Shown: in pieces, positions 23,556 to 36,989 of the stretch
Layout: the number at the start of each line of letters is the position of its first letter
Numbering within the stretch: the first letter of the stretch is position 1
NCBI GenBank assembly: GCA_053919585.1
Contig: CM132792.1
Reading direction: 5' to 3' (one strand)
DNA length: 64,000 nucleotides
Source: Euprymna scolopes
Lineage: Eukaryota
Notes under the pieces: model-generated
Told to the model about the DNA's origin: nothing
The model's input: only the letters and a program-made list of their open reading frames with translations
The model's database searches: none
Made by a program: the position numbers and the translations under genes

Positions 23556-25265
23556 AAACAACTAAGAAAAGATGAGGATAATAGTCCAGAATAAAAAATA
23601 AAATTAATAAATAAAACTCATCTCAATAATGAATTCCAACTAAAAAATAAGATGAAACCTATATCAGTAGACGCCGATAGAACAAGTATTTCTGGTCATT
23701 TAAAGCCGGGAAAAGTGGACAAATCAGGATTTTTAAACGGTTATTCGTAACAATTGTTTGATTGTAGTAATAATTTCTATGTGTATCATTTCCTCGCGAA
23801 CCTGTATAATATTAATGTACGAATTATGTTTGGTTATGTTGGCGGAAATGGGTGCACGATTCAACGTTGGTAACAATTTTTTAATCTGCATAAATATCTT
23901 TTTTTCTACACAGCAACTAAATTATTTATGGCATTTAACTAAATCGATTTAACACTTATATGTTCTCAACACTAATCTTAGAATCAAGGCTTTTCTACTC
24001 TCAATCTATAAAGTTATATCCTAATCTTCCCAAAACAAGCTATTTAATGTTTTAATGTTACACCTGAGATGGTAAACAAGGTTTGATCCCTAAGTTGCTT
24101 ACGGTCCCATATCCGAGAGAGGATATAAACTCTTTTATGTTAAAACTTATGATGAATAACACACAGGCTTTCATATATAAGCATTTGCATATTTATGATA
24201 GACAGAAGAGTTTCGATAGTCAGTCGCTTCTGAAAAGACTTATACTGAGGAAATATGTATCTGGTGTTAAGTTAATGCATAGTGAATTTTAATTTTATTC
24301 ACACTTTATACACATATGCCCACAGAAGAGTCATTTGGTAACATTGTAATGTTATGTCGACTTCAGAAAACGAAGTAAGTAAAACACTGAATTCTTCTTA
24401 TTGCCGTAATCTCAATCTGTGCGTTTATCTCATCATTGCGTTAATGAATTGCAGTATCGAAACTGCCGGAAATCATTTACTCGTTGCTAAAGACTACTGG
24501 CTGGGTCAGTTAAGCCTTTTCTTTTTTGGTTCTATTTAACAACGATTATTAATTTTATAAGGGTAATTATTAATTTTTTCTCAGCCACATGTGAGATTTA
24601 GTAGTCTAAATAATTGGAATCTGGGAAACATTTGGAATCAGATATCTGCTTATGTACATTTAAATGGTGAATTGCCTTAATATTGCGTTATTATTCCTTT
24701 ACTAGTCAATGAACATTTATATCCCATTTCTTAGCGGGGTACCATTGTTTTTGTTTGTTGTCATAATTAAAACCCATGAATTTATTTTATTGCAAATAAA
24801 AACGTATGGGAGTTTCTAAATAACTTCAAGAATACTATCAGTGTGTCAGGAAATTCTCTGTTGTATCTTTTCTCATAAAATTTACATAATCTTAGATAGC
24901 CCAGTAAATACGCCGGTGTGATTACATTTATGAAAACATACCGAGTGTTATTCAAGGGTCTTAATGACTTAATTTATGGTTTAAAAATTTAGGACATCGT
25001 ATTATTTATATTACAAATTCTTGGTTGGTAAAAATAACCTGTTATTATTCGAGGTAATATCATTCTAATAAATGTCCCCTTAAGCTCCCGTTTAAAATAA
25101 ACTTCTAGTAGACGAAATATATATCTAGTAAAGAAATGCTTTGATAAAATATATGTGGCGACTATTGAATTCGATTATGTAGATTTGCTATTTTCGGTGT
25201 TCAACGTGACAGCAAGTATAGTTTATAGTCTCTGGGCAAATAATTTTATTGTTCAAATATGCATA

Positions 25266-25341
<76 letters not shown>

Positions 25342-25974
25342 GTGCATTTGCACCAATGTATGCATTTTATGTGCGGTTGTGTATGTCATCAGTTTTATCA
25401 TTATGGTAGTTTTATCATGATAGTATTTTCTATTTTTTTTTAACCTTTCAAAATTTATTTTGTCTGTTCAATTTTTTCTTTATATATTTCAAATATCGAA
25501 TTATTTCTATTCTTCCTTTTAGTGGGATTAATCACATTTTACTTTGACAGAAAAAAAAACGTGCCGGTATCTTTTACTTTGGCGAATTAAGTCTGGAGCG
25601 GAACGCATAGAATTGTGTATTTGCAATGTTTGAAGAAACGATAAAATATTCTTGCTTTTAATAAAAAAAATCGAGATGTCTTGAGGATCAAACTGATATG
25701 AATTGAAAGAACACAAACGGAGCTCATCGCCCAAGATCTATAATAAATATCAATGTGCATTTATTAATATATAATTATATATATTTCACCCAGTTACGCA
25801 AAAGTTAGCGATTAAAATAATTCCCTTTTCTAGGCGGATGAAAGTTATTACAAATAGGGCTAGGATGTGAGAAAATGTGTATAAATTTATAACAATACCT
25901 GAAAATTGCCTTACAGCCTGAACAGGCAAAGTCAGGAGCCTGACTAACACACACACACACACACACACACACAG

Positions 25975-26023
<49 letters not shown>

Positions 26024-26215
26024 CTTTTTAGAATGTTAACAGTCACATTTGGCCGCTACAAACAGTCATCTGTTTTAGTCAATTAGATTTCGTCAGGCGC
26101 CGCTGGCCCTCCGAATAAATAATTAAAAATATTTTGCTCCTGTTCAGTTGACTACCTCATTGAGTTCATTAGTTCCTACTTTTGAATAACGCAAGCCTGT
26201 ATATATATATATATA

Positions 26216-27800
26216 CTAGCAGTTCCGCCCGGCTTTCCGTGGACCCTATATACTGTTCCTAACTTTATGTGCGTATGTACGGTAATGATTTTCTATAAAA
26301 AAGGCTTTCTTAACTACCGTAGAGAAAAGTTGGTAGAGACCGCAAGCGTAATTGTTTTTTTAAATTGGACCCCGATTTTGAACCCTTAACATTTATTGTT
26401 TTGGGTTCGAATTGAATTCCCATGATTGATACATGTCCAAGTAACCGACATAAAGAATTTCAAGTGTTCAGACCCAAAATTGGTGGAGGAGTTTGGTAGA
26501 GTTTGCAAAGGTCAACTCTGTAAACTTTGACCTCTTGCAAGACAAATATTCACCCAAAACATGACTAAAAGTTTGCTGCATCTCTGAACATCCTTTATGT
26601 AAAATTTAACATGTTTAGTCCCAGAATTGGCTTAATAGTTTGTATGAGACCGCAATGGTAATACCTCTTTAACTTTGACCCCTTGAAAGACAAATTTTAA
26701 GCAAAATCACGATTAAAAAGCTTAATACATTTATGTAAAATTTCAAATGTTTAGACCAAAAATTTGCTGAGTAAATTGGTAAAGACCGCAGACGTAATTT
26801 TTTTAAAACTTTGACCCACATTATGACCCTTTAACATTTATTATTTTGGGCAAAAATCAAAGTATAAAGTTCGATCCATACCAAGTAACCTATATCTAAA
26901 ATTTAAAGTGTTTAGACCTAAAATTACCGGAGGAGTCTGAAAGGTCAAATCGTTAAACTTTGACGCCTTAACAGGCAAATTCTGATCGAAAACTTATTAA
27001 AATTTCCCCCCAAATCTCAATATCTCTTATGTTAAATCTGGAGTCTGTAGACTGAAAATTGACAAAATTATTTGGTAGGGAATATATATATAATCGTCTA
27101 TGTGTATCAGACTGTACCCAAATAGGCTCCTAAAAACCTACCATATACGTTGATAGAGGATTGCAGTTTCAATCTGGATCTGAAATGGGCATGATTATCA
27201 CCCTCCACTCACTGGGTCGGGTGCCTAGGGAAAAGCCATATACACTCTCACATAGTTTTATGTAGGTATACCAAATTTGGTCAGATTAATCGCCATAGTT
27301 CAGATAAAATTTTCGATGGGTTACACCATTAACTTCCTTAAACGTGAGTGGGGCGTTAGGAAGGGTCACTTCTAATTGGAAACCATGTGCACACTCACAC
27401 AGTTTATTTTACACCCGTAAAGCTAAAAAATATGTAAGGATTATACACCATGGGGTGGGGGAGATTTTTATACGTACCACCAGTCACCCTCGCTAATGGG
27501 TTGAGGATCCTAAGTGTGTCACTTATAAATGGGAACCCTATGCACGCTAACATCACTCGATATAGATCTGCCGAACTACAATGGGGAAGAGGTATTTATG
27601 TGTTACAACTCACACCGACGTAGCTGCGATCCCATTGGGGTCACCTATAATAGGAAACTCTAATTATTGTTTATACGTTTGCGTCAATAACACTCTTACT
27701 ACTGTACCCTTGTGTTCTTTTGTAGGGGGTTACTATGGTTTTGATACCCCAAATGTTTTATACTTTCATAAATCAGAGTTTAGTTTTTGAAAAACACTTT
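26216..27800 (-). mobile_element. Non-autonomous Helitron-like element with internal tandem subrepeats
   Basis: Minus-strand 3' end has hairpin CCACGGAAAGCCGGG then CTAG|T at 26216. About five 140-165-bp units (TTGGTAGAGACCGCA..CTTTGACC..AAATTT..TGTTTAGACC) lie in 26330-27080. Distal boundary uncertain. Confidence 0.65.
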
Positions 27801-29975
27801 TTTAACCCAGACTTAGAAAACAAAATTAACTCTACCAGAAAAATCATAACGGGCAAATAACAGATTGGTAATAGTGTTACTGAATTAACCAACAGAGAAA
27901 CGTACATTTATCCCAAACACCATAAATCAGATTTTCTTTAATAAACTCTCTGCTTGACTTATAAATCGTGTGAAACCTGCAAGAGGACAAATAATCAAAA
28001 ATCTATGAATAGCAAATCTATTTACAAATTGAATCTGTGGATGAATACGACCAAGACTATTAGTTGGTTCTGTCATATCAAAACGAAAGAATATTATATG
28101 GAATTCGATATTGAGAATTACTACCTTTGAATCACGTAAGCATTTTTAAAAGAAGTTAAAGAATTTGCAACCTTCCTCTGCGATATCTCTAACAATGAAA
28201 TTTATATCATTAGAAAATCTTAGAATGATGGAGTCATAACTAACAAATGAAGGCCTTCGATAAGGTATGGCATAAGGGACTACTTCACAAGATTTCCAGC
28301 TACGGTATTACTGGAAATGTTTTCTTAATCTTTAAATCATTTCTCTCCGATAGGTTCATAAGAGTAGTGGTTGATGGGCAGAACTCAGAGGCCCACAGTA
28401 TTAATGCTGGAGTCTCCAGGGGTCCATCCTGGGCCCAACTTTCTTCCTGATCTACATCAATGATCTCCCAAAACACATACTTAAATCATTCGTTGACATC
28501 TATGCTGATGACACGACCATCTATGGCAACACATCAAAGGCCGTAAATGACAAAGTTCTCTCTAATTCTCTCTCCTCTGATCTTGAGCAAGTGGTACAAT
28601 AGGGGAAGAGGTGGCTGGCCACTTTTTATGCATCCAAAACCAAGCTTCTATCTTTAGATAATCAACGCTCTGATCCCCATCTGGCATCAATTGAAATGGA
28701 CGGCTCTCGTCTTGGAGAGGCTCCATGTTTTGACAAGCTTCTTGGTTTGACCTTTACTCCTGATCTGAAATGGAACACGTACATCAAATCGGTTGCCAGG
28801 GACGCTGGGAAAATGGGGGGGGGTCATTCTACCGATCCAGAAGATGTCTCCCTACTGATGCAATGATCTATCTGTATAAAAGCCAAGTACGTCCAAGGAT
28901 GGAGTACTGCTGCCACCTCTGAGCAGGAGCTGCTAAAAACAGCCTATCCTGCCTTGACAAAGTACAAAATAGACTTCGTGGTTTAGTGAGGGATGCCCTT
29001 TTCTCTTCCCTGCAACCTCTCTCTCACAGAAGAGACGTTACGAGCCTGTATTTGTTTTATCGCTATTTCCATGGCAGGTGCTCGTCTGAGCTCCAATCCC
29101 TCGTCCCCCCTCGCCAATCTTTTACGAGAAACACCCGTCTGACTGAAACTACTGTCAATAATTTTCCCCACTCTTTGTCTGTGCCTAAATCCAAACGTAG
29201 ATTTCATGAACAAAGCTTCTTTCTTAGAACTGCACGCCAGTGGAACTCTCTGCCACTTGCCTGTTTCCCACCTGACTACAACTTGAACGTCTTCAAGTTC
29301 AACATAAAAAAAACTCCTGACAAACCTTCCCCTTAAGTAAGACACTCTATCAAAACTCCCAATACTAATGATTACTACAATACTATCTAATTTATTACTG
29401 TACACGCAATAACCCTTATGCCTGAGTGGCCTTCGGGCCCTGATAAGTGGTGACCTCCATGTAAAAAAAAAATGAACAGTTGACTAGACGGACTCCGGCT
29501 GGGTTCTTATTAACAAATATATAGGGGACAAAAATGAACAAAGCTGGGCCATTTTCATGTTTCGGTGGATTGCTTAGACTCAGCGCAAATGACTGGTATA
29601 CTAGGACTTTGTATATAATCTTACTAGGGATATTGATGAGTAAACAGTAAGTTTTTATATAGATAACGGGCTTATAGTTGTAAAAAATATTATGGTAATA
29701 TATGCGAAAAAATAAGGGAACTCATAAACGAAATTAGAAGAATTCTTCTAAAATTGTAAATAAATTCAAATCTAAAAACAGAAAATATCTAAGACGTAAC
29801 TTTTAATTTAATTAAAATGATTATGCGGTCAATATAAAACGGATAATGCAAATCCGGTCTACGTTCAACTATTTTTGAACTCTTAAAATCAGTAATAAAA
29901 CTAATCCTCAAATATATTAAGCTAAAGAATGAGTAAATGCTATTGGAATAAATTACCTTGGACTCTCACACAACT
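27790..29975 (+). mobile_element. Decayed Naiad-type Penelope-like RT fragment, split by a CR1 insertion
   Basis: YIYPKHHKSDF, SA*LIN, LNLWMNTTKTISWF, FDIENYY before the CR1; DSAQ..ILGL, YIDNGLIV, SNLKT.NI*DVTFNL after it. Confidence 0.75.
28247..29472 (+). mobile_element. CR1-like LINE RT and 3' end (family A), 5'-truncated
   Basis: [38 protein letters not shown]; family-A 3' UTR and A tail. Confidence 0.95.
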
Positions 29976-29978
29976 TTC

Positions 29979-31000
29979 TATCAAGTTGACAAGAAAGTTA
30001 TTGCGGTTTTTATCTTTTAAATCCAGATGAACATATCTCGGCTTAAGCAAAAATCTAGTTGAGATTAATTAGCTAAAAGTTTTTTTTTTTATATTGCTTT
30101 TATTTTTTAAGCATTTCTCACGCAGAATATTGTCGAGACTCTTAAAAAGTGGGAGTCGGTAGTTCAGAAGTCGAGAGATTATGGAGGATGAGACAGAGTT
30201 TTGTGACCGTTGTGCACATCTGCATGGTCGGTTTGGAAATGTGTGGAGGAGACTTAGGTTTTTTAGTTGACTAATGCCGGGTGTTGTTGTGGAAATTTTT
30301 GATGCATTTTGTCTATTTGTTGAGAGTACTTTAATGCCGTAATTGTTTCACCTGTATTCAAAATATAATAATGGTTAAGACATGTTTCAGACCATAAAAC
30401 AGTCAACATCAACTTTTCTTACTGCAATTCTGGCTCCAGTAAGAGTTGTTTAGTTTCGTCTGCATCTAACCTAAGAGCTGTGTCGCCAGATGTCGTAAAA
30501 AAGAAACACTTTTCATCGCAAATCAGAATTTCACTTAGAAACGGTCGTTTCTTTTGCGTAAAAGAAAGGAAAATGAGATTTAATAACGGCGTTCATTTGG
30601 TTGTCATTCAATTTGTTAGGCACTTATTTATCAAGTTTTTGTCCATCAAATCACTCTCAAGCGGTAGCATAGTGGGTTACGTTACGTCTAATTAAGAGGC
30701 AAGTTCTCGAACAGTTATGCGTGGATCTGCTTCCACCAAAGCTTTTACTTAATCGTTGTCACCACGATTGGCGACCTATAGGTTCATCATCTTCAGGACT
30801 CTCGTTGCCACCAGGAAATGTCTTACAATTCTATTGTACTGTGCGTTCAGTAGTGGTTCCTGAACCAAACGCTTCGTTTATATCGCGAGCTATTTCAGCA
30901 AATTTTTAATCAACCAATATCTTCCATGCAACATACAATAAAAACGCAAAAGGATGCTGTAATAATTGTAATAACTAAGAATATATAATTAAAACAATAG
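29979..31000 (-). mobile_element. Decayed mariner transposon
   Basis: TA followed by TIR-like TCAAGTTGACAAGAAAGTTATTGCGGTTTT; minus-strand AEIARDINEAFGSGTT.ERT and KKLDK*VPNKLNDNQ. Confidence 0.8.
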
Positions 31001-31658
31001 GAAGATTTAAATGATTGAAATATATCCAAACAAAATTAATCTAAATACACTTAATCATATAACTCTGTAAATAAATAAGACTTAACTCTTTTACTACATC
31101 TAAAGTGTATAACACTACAATTACTACTAAGGAAAGCTCTTATATATGTATATACTATATTAGTATAACTGTTAACTCTCAAGGAAAACAATTCCCTAAT
31201 AGCCCTTATTATATAATTTAAACATCACTATAGGGAATTAGCCAACCAAATAACACATCAATTATAAAATATGACATTTATAATAAATTAGTAATTGTTA
31301 AGCTTTAAATTCACCATGCTACTTATGTCTTATCGAGAAATTATATATAAAAGAATAAAATGGTAGAGAAAAACCTCGTAAAAATGCATAAAACATATAA
31401 ACATTATAGGCGTTATACATTATGCTTCTTAGTAACTTAATTATTCTTATTTAAATTTACATACACATATAAAATCGAGGTTTGCTTACGCTACTCCTAT
31501 ATAATCTGCATTTTAAAATGTTATTTTTTCCTAATTCTATTATGTAATTTACATATATATATATATGATTAATAATTTTGAAACAATACATTTTAATAGT
31601 TCTGTAATAATTCTATTTCACTATTAAGAACTTCCACCTAGTATTCCATAAAGTAGTG

Positions 31659-31907
31659 GTTCTGGATATGACCTTAAAATATATCCAATGGTGAAGCCCC
31701 AGCTTGCGGGTTTTGGGGAGTGTGAAGCCACCCTTTAATTGCCATTGCTCCACTTTGACCCGGAGTGGTAGGACCTGTTAAGGTCCCAACTATGGGTTAA
31801 ATAGAAACCGACTTGAAAAATATCTTGTATTAAAATGTTTTTTCTTAAATCACTGGATTCGGCATTAAATAACCTAAAAAGGGTTGATATGCCGTAAATC
31901 AACCGAC
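31659..31907 (+). mobile_element. 5'-truncated copy of the SINE at 56641
   Basis: Collinear from CTGGATATGA to GGTTGATATGCCGTAAA; flanked by the direct repeat TCCATAAAGTAG (31645 and 31924). Confidence 0.9.
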
Positions 31908-33214
31908 CCTATAGCAATATATATCCATAAAGTAGATATACATGATTCAATATAACTGGCGTATACTTCTCATTGTCTCTTTACTATTTTGATTTACCGT
32001 CTCTTGATCTTGCTTAAGAATTTTTTACATTACAATATTCTTGTTATTTATTATCATTATGCCACCTTTTCTTCTATTCTCATTATCTTAAATATTTAGT
32101 CAATATGTTATAAGATATATATTATCTTATACATATATATGTATATATATATACATATATACCTTGATATGTATATATATATACACACATATATAGATAC
32201 ATATGAGGATCTTTGCCAACTTTATATCATACATATCAATATTAATATTTTTCCTCATTGTTATCCCCGTATTTTTGTTTTAATGACTTCCTCAGCCGTA
32301 GATATATTATAATGTATTTTTCTACGTTTACATATCAAATAAATATAAATATATAGTTAACTATTAATGTATTCTTTGTTATTTGCGAGTATATTTTTGT
32401 AATATATTCTTGAGTCTATGTATGCTATAGTGACTTTTGAATAGACGAGAGGAATCGAAAAAACAAAAAAAATATGGCGCCTGGGTATGTTATAAATATA
32501 AACAAACATTTCATAAAAATAGAAAATATTTCATGAACACATATTTGTGTAATGTAGAGTCATTGCTAATGTCAATAAACAATATCTTAAATCCAACAAT
32601 ATAAAGAACATCTTCGAAAACAACCGTCTGGATGAAATAATTTACTTTTTGAAACTAACCGGCCTTATTGATTTTTTTTTTAAATCTACAAAACAACTCA
32701 ACTAAATTCTATGAATAAATATTCAAACACATTAATACCTTTTCCTAAATCACTTAATTTTTCATTAAATAACATAAAAAGTGTTGATATACCGTAAAAA
32801 AATAACCAAACAAACATAAATGAGAGAGGTGTATATAATGTAGGTTACGGGTGTATATATTGTGTTTATGTAATTGTTGAACAACATTATGCAGATGATT
32901 ACGTTGTCAGTGGTAGAACAAATCATATAGACGTATAACTTGTGTTGTGACTCTGACACGAACAATGATGTAGATATATTGGCAATGTGTTTACAGATGA
33001 GGGAGGCGACTTCTTTAATGATTACCGAAAAGAGTGTATATCGTAGCGCTTTATATAATAGACCGTATGTACATGTAAAATGTCGAGCGATGATGGTATG
33101 CTCCATCTGTGTTAACAGGGAATGAAAATGGTTCATTTAAAACAAAAAATAAACACATACCTGCTTATTCAAAACAGCATGATGGAATAGTTGTATATAA
33201 AATAATACACGGAA

Positions 33215-33995
33215 AACATTACATTTTTTTGTTAACTAACTCATCAGGAGTTAGTCGTTGATATACACAAATAAAAAACGAATTAAATTCTCCCGAAAGA
33301 GCAATTACTCGTGGATATACGAGAGAAGATTTACTAGGGGATTCATATAAAAAAATAATATAAAATTATATGAAATGTATTAGGAATAAAGAAACGATTC
33401 TAAAACATCCCATTTATACGAAATTAACACTAGCTGGATTTTCGGTCAGGTGTTGACCTGTTGCATATTCCAATACAGAAGAGGGGCGAGAGCGACTTGG
33501 CCAGTCTAATTTCTGCCGGGATAGGTTGGCTAATTTAATCTGCAAATTTAAGGAAGTTCGATATATATCACTGAAAATTAAATTCATTAATAATATTGCT
33601 TTATGTGATGTAGGGAAATCTAGCGTATCCATCGTGACCAGAGGGAATGCAGATTTCACACCAAAAACCGAACATAACCCAATCGACGCGAAACAGTTTG
33701 ATACAGACCCAATTATCCGTCTGCTCAAACACTGACCAGCATCTCCAATCCAAATATTTTTATAAACAGGGCACTTGGAGGAACCCAGCGATATAGGAGA
33801 ATTGTACTTTTCTACTTGATTATTAATAATATAGTTAATCAAATTTTCTGGATAACTATTACAAATACAAATGACTTTAACAGTGTTCAATTCCTGTTCA
33901 TGCTTGTTCGTAGAACATTTTTAAGGGCTCTATACACTAATGTCTGAATACATCCTATTTTGCTGGAAGTATGCACGTATATACCGTCCAGTGAA
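33215..33995 (-). mobile_element. Decayed Penelope/Poseidon-type PLE (RT thumb, linker, GIY-YIG) with a degenerate 3' hammerhead
   Basis: FTGRYI, TLVYRALK.CS, NSYPEN, KCPVY..WIG, GQHLTENP; downstream CTGATGA-GTTA(gt)TAAC at 33231-33247. Confidence 0.8.
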
Positions 33996-34830
33996 CAAAA
34001 CAGGGGAGAGTAAAGCTGTAGCCCTCGATATATCTAGGGTGTTTAACAGGGTATGGCACGATGGTCTTCTAAGGAAAATTAGATCGTATGGTATCACTGG
34101 AAGCATACATAATGTAATTAAATCCTTCCTAAGCAAGAGAAAAATCCAGGTTGTCCTCGACGGTCGTACATCTAAACAATATGATAGAAATGCGGGAGTA
34201 TCTCAAGGGCATATCCTTAGACCTTTATTATTCTTTATATTCATAAATGTCCTCCCTGATAAAATTGTTTCTGAGATGGGTATATTTACTGATGACACCA
34301 CTCTCTATAAACGGCACGAGGGGAAAACAAATGAACACATATCTAAGGAAATGGCAGAAACACTAGATGATGACCTCCTATCTGTAGTGACTGAGGACAA
34401 AAATGGAGGGTCACATTCAATGCTGCCAAGACTAAGCTTGTTTCCTTCAATAATTACAAGAAACCTTCTCTACCACCAATACTTACAAGAAACCTTCTCT
34501 ACCACCAATAGCAATGGCCAAGAATACATTAGTCGAAAGTTTGTCAAAAGTACTTCCTTTAAACTCCTCGGCCTAACGTTTACAGGAAACATGAACTGGA
34601 ATAGATACATTGAGAGTCTTGCCAAGCCTGCAGTTAGGAAGGTGGGATGTCTCTACCGTGTTAGAAAACTACTTACGCCTGAAAGTATCATGTACCTCTA
34701 TAAGGCCACCATTCGCCCATGTATTGTCACATTTGGGCTGGTGCATCTGTTACTTGTGTCTCACTTCTTGACAGGTTTTAAATAAGAATCGCCCACCTGG
34801 TAGGTCCTGAACTGTCATCTAGGCTTCAGA
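33996..34830 (+). mobile_element. CR1-like LINE RT fragment (family B)
   Basis: AVALDISRVFNRVWHDGLL, FTDDTTLY, KLLGLTF, LYKATIRP. Confidence 0.9.
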
Positions 34831-34834
34831 GATA

Positions 34835-35951
34835 TCGTTACATATTTACTGTCGTCGATAAATACAGAAGATACCCTTTGCTTGCCCTTGTCACGATTGT
34901 TCTTCGTAAACACCAATCAAGTGCCTGATAAATATTTTCTCAATATTCGGAATCCCCTCATTTATCTATTCCGATCGAGAATCTTCGTTTATGTCGGAAG
35001 GATTCAAAACTTTTTGGACGCGACTTGGAATTGGATCCAGCAACACTAGTGCATACAACCCATGAGGCAACAGTCATTGCGAGCGCTACAACATCATTAC
35101 TTGGAACACCCTGTTATTAGCTCTTCAATCTAGAATATTACCCCCTAACGGTTCTGTTTTAAATGCTATTCGCTCCCTGCTGTGCACTACCACAAATGCA
35201 ACTCCTCACAAACGCAAGTTCAACTTTGAAAGGCGCTCTTCTACTGGTACTGCTTTTGCTGTTTGGCTCTGTGGCCATTGGGAGCTATTATTAAAACGGG
35301 TTGGTAACAGAAGCAAATATGACCGATTGTCGAGGTAGTGGAACACCTCGAAGCTAACCCTACACATGCAAGAATATGACATAATGATGGCCGGGAAGAC
35401 TAAGTGACGCTGAGATATCTAGCTTGTTTTCCACGCTCTGAGAGACCTAAAGATCCCGCTAAAAGTATTCAACCCGACATTGCAAATGCAGACCAGATCA
35501 AGTCCTGTTAGTACTACGCCTAATACATGAAATGAATTTTACTATAAGAGTCAGAACGATGAGAACCAACCTTCCCAGAGGACAACCGGTCCTTCGAATA
35601 GCGAAGTACCTCCACGCCGATCTAACAGAATTCGCAGACCAGTCCAGCGACTGGGTTTATAAAACAAAAAAAACCCTATTTATAAGCTCTTTTACAAGTG
35701 AGGGAGACTGTTATATTTTCATTTAAATTGTTTTGTCTTTTCTGTTTAAAATATTTTCATTTAAATTATTTTGTTTTCACTAATTAAAAAATAGATATGC
35801 AAATTCAGTTTCTTGCCACGTGGTTTTGCACGTGTTCCTTATTCTTTAAAACACTGAGTTCTTCCTCTCTTACTTGAGTAGCTGTAAATTTTGTTCAATA
35901 AATCTTGGAAAGAGGTTTTGTTTCACGTCTTCATTTACTTACAAAACTACA
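34835..35951 (+). mobile_element. Gypsy 3' fragment (integrase, PPT, 3' LTR) of a different family
   Basis: VVDKY.RYPF, IFSIFGIPSFIYSDRESSFMS, AYNP*GNSHCERYN, PRRSNRIRRPVQRLGL*; purine tract GAGGGAGA; LTR TGTTAT (35709)..AATAAA..CTACA (35951). Confidence 0.85.
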
Positions 35952-36101
35952 GCAATAAGTATATGAACAATATATCATATACTATATGTATATGTACAGT
36001 ATGTTATATTACACATATTACATGTAAATATGATAGAAAAATAATTACGTACAGTTTAGAAAAATAAATCCTCTAATTTGAAATATATTACACCAGCATT
36101 G

Positions 36102-36229
36102 NNNNNNNNNNNNNNNNNNNNNNNNNNNNNNNNNNNNNNNNNNNNNNNNNNNNNNNNNNNNNNNNNNNNNNNNNNNNNNNNNNNNNNNNNNNNNNNNNNN
36201 NNNNNNNNNNNNNNNNNNNNNNNNNNNNN
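36102..36229. other. Assembly gap
   Basis: Run of N. Confidence 1.
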
Positions 36230-36989
36230 TTAAAAAATATAGCGTTCACTAGTAAGTTCTATAGGTTGTACATGAAATCTATTATTTAATACACACACGC
36301 ACACACTCTCTATCTCTCTGTGTGTCTTTCTCTCTCACACACGTATTTTTATATTAAAGTGTATATTTTTGTATATTTTATGCATTTGGGTTACATTGAT
36401 TTCTTCTTGACCCACCGTGAGTAGAAATTCACTAGAAATAAAAAGATCCAGCCCCAAAACGCAAAGACCCATATAAAAATATAAAAAGTGACACCGATTG
36501 AAATGAAAAAAAATGTGTATTAAACAAAATAAAACAGCACCATCTTTTACTAGATTATATGTTATGGAGACACACAATAAAAGTAAGCAACGCATGACAT
36601 GGTTCCCAGATATGCCAGTATTCCATTGTTAATCATGATTGTTTTCATAAAATATATAGGTAACATTTGTGTCTTCTGAATAGCTGACAAGTAAGAATTG
36701 AAAAAATTCATATTACTTTTTTCTTTTCAGGCAGTCCATTAAAAATATAAATACAATCAACTACAATAAAAAACTACAATATCTTATAGTATATTTTCAA
36801 CAACATAACTCAGAAAAAATGTATTATAAGTTTGACTTTGACTATATTTTCTCAGTAATTATATATCCTTTAAGAGAGTACATATATCCACATGTGTATA
36901 TTGTATATAATCCTTCACCCGAATGGTTTAATTAATAGTAAAGCACACAAAGAACGCTACACATATTCCTTAATTTCGTGTACGAAACA

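Larger units (their letters stand above)
22352..23650 (+). mobile_element. Retrozyme/Sm-alpha-like element (Pol III boxes plus hammerhead) with terminal redundancy and an inverted 5' piece, interrupted by a CR1
   Basis: Direct repeat 22444-22510 / 23580-23650; inverted segment 22352-22441; A-box-like GCGGCGCAGTT (~22604); B-box-like GGTTTCAATCC (~23384); hammerheads at 22403-22441 (-) and 23515-23555 (+). Confidence 0.75.

Noticed and set aside
27790-28245. In-frame TGA codons in the Naiad RT as possible selenocysteine (some Naiads encode selenoproteins)
   Set aside because: The TGAs fall at Arg (CGA>TGA) and Ser positions, not Cys; TAA/TAG stops and frameshifts are also present; no SECIS seen.
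32990-33105. Possible exon (TTTACAG..GTATGC)
   Set aside because: Splice-like signals are common by chance; no recognisable peptide or partner exons.
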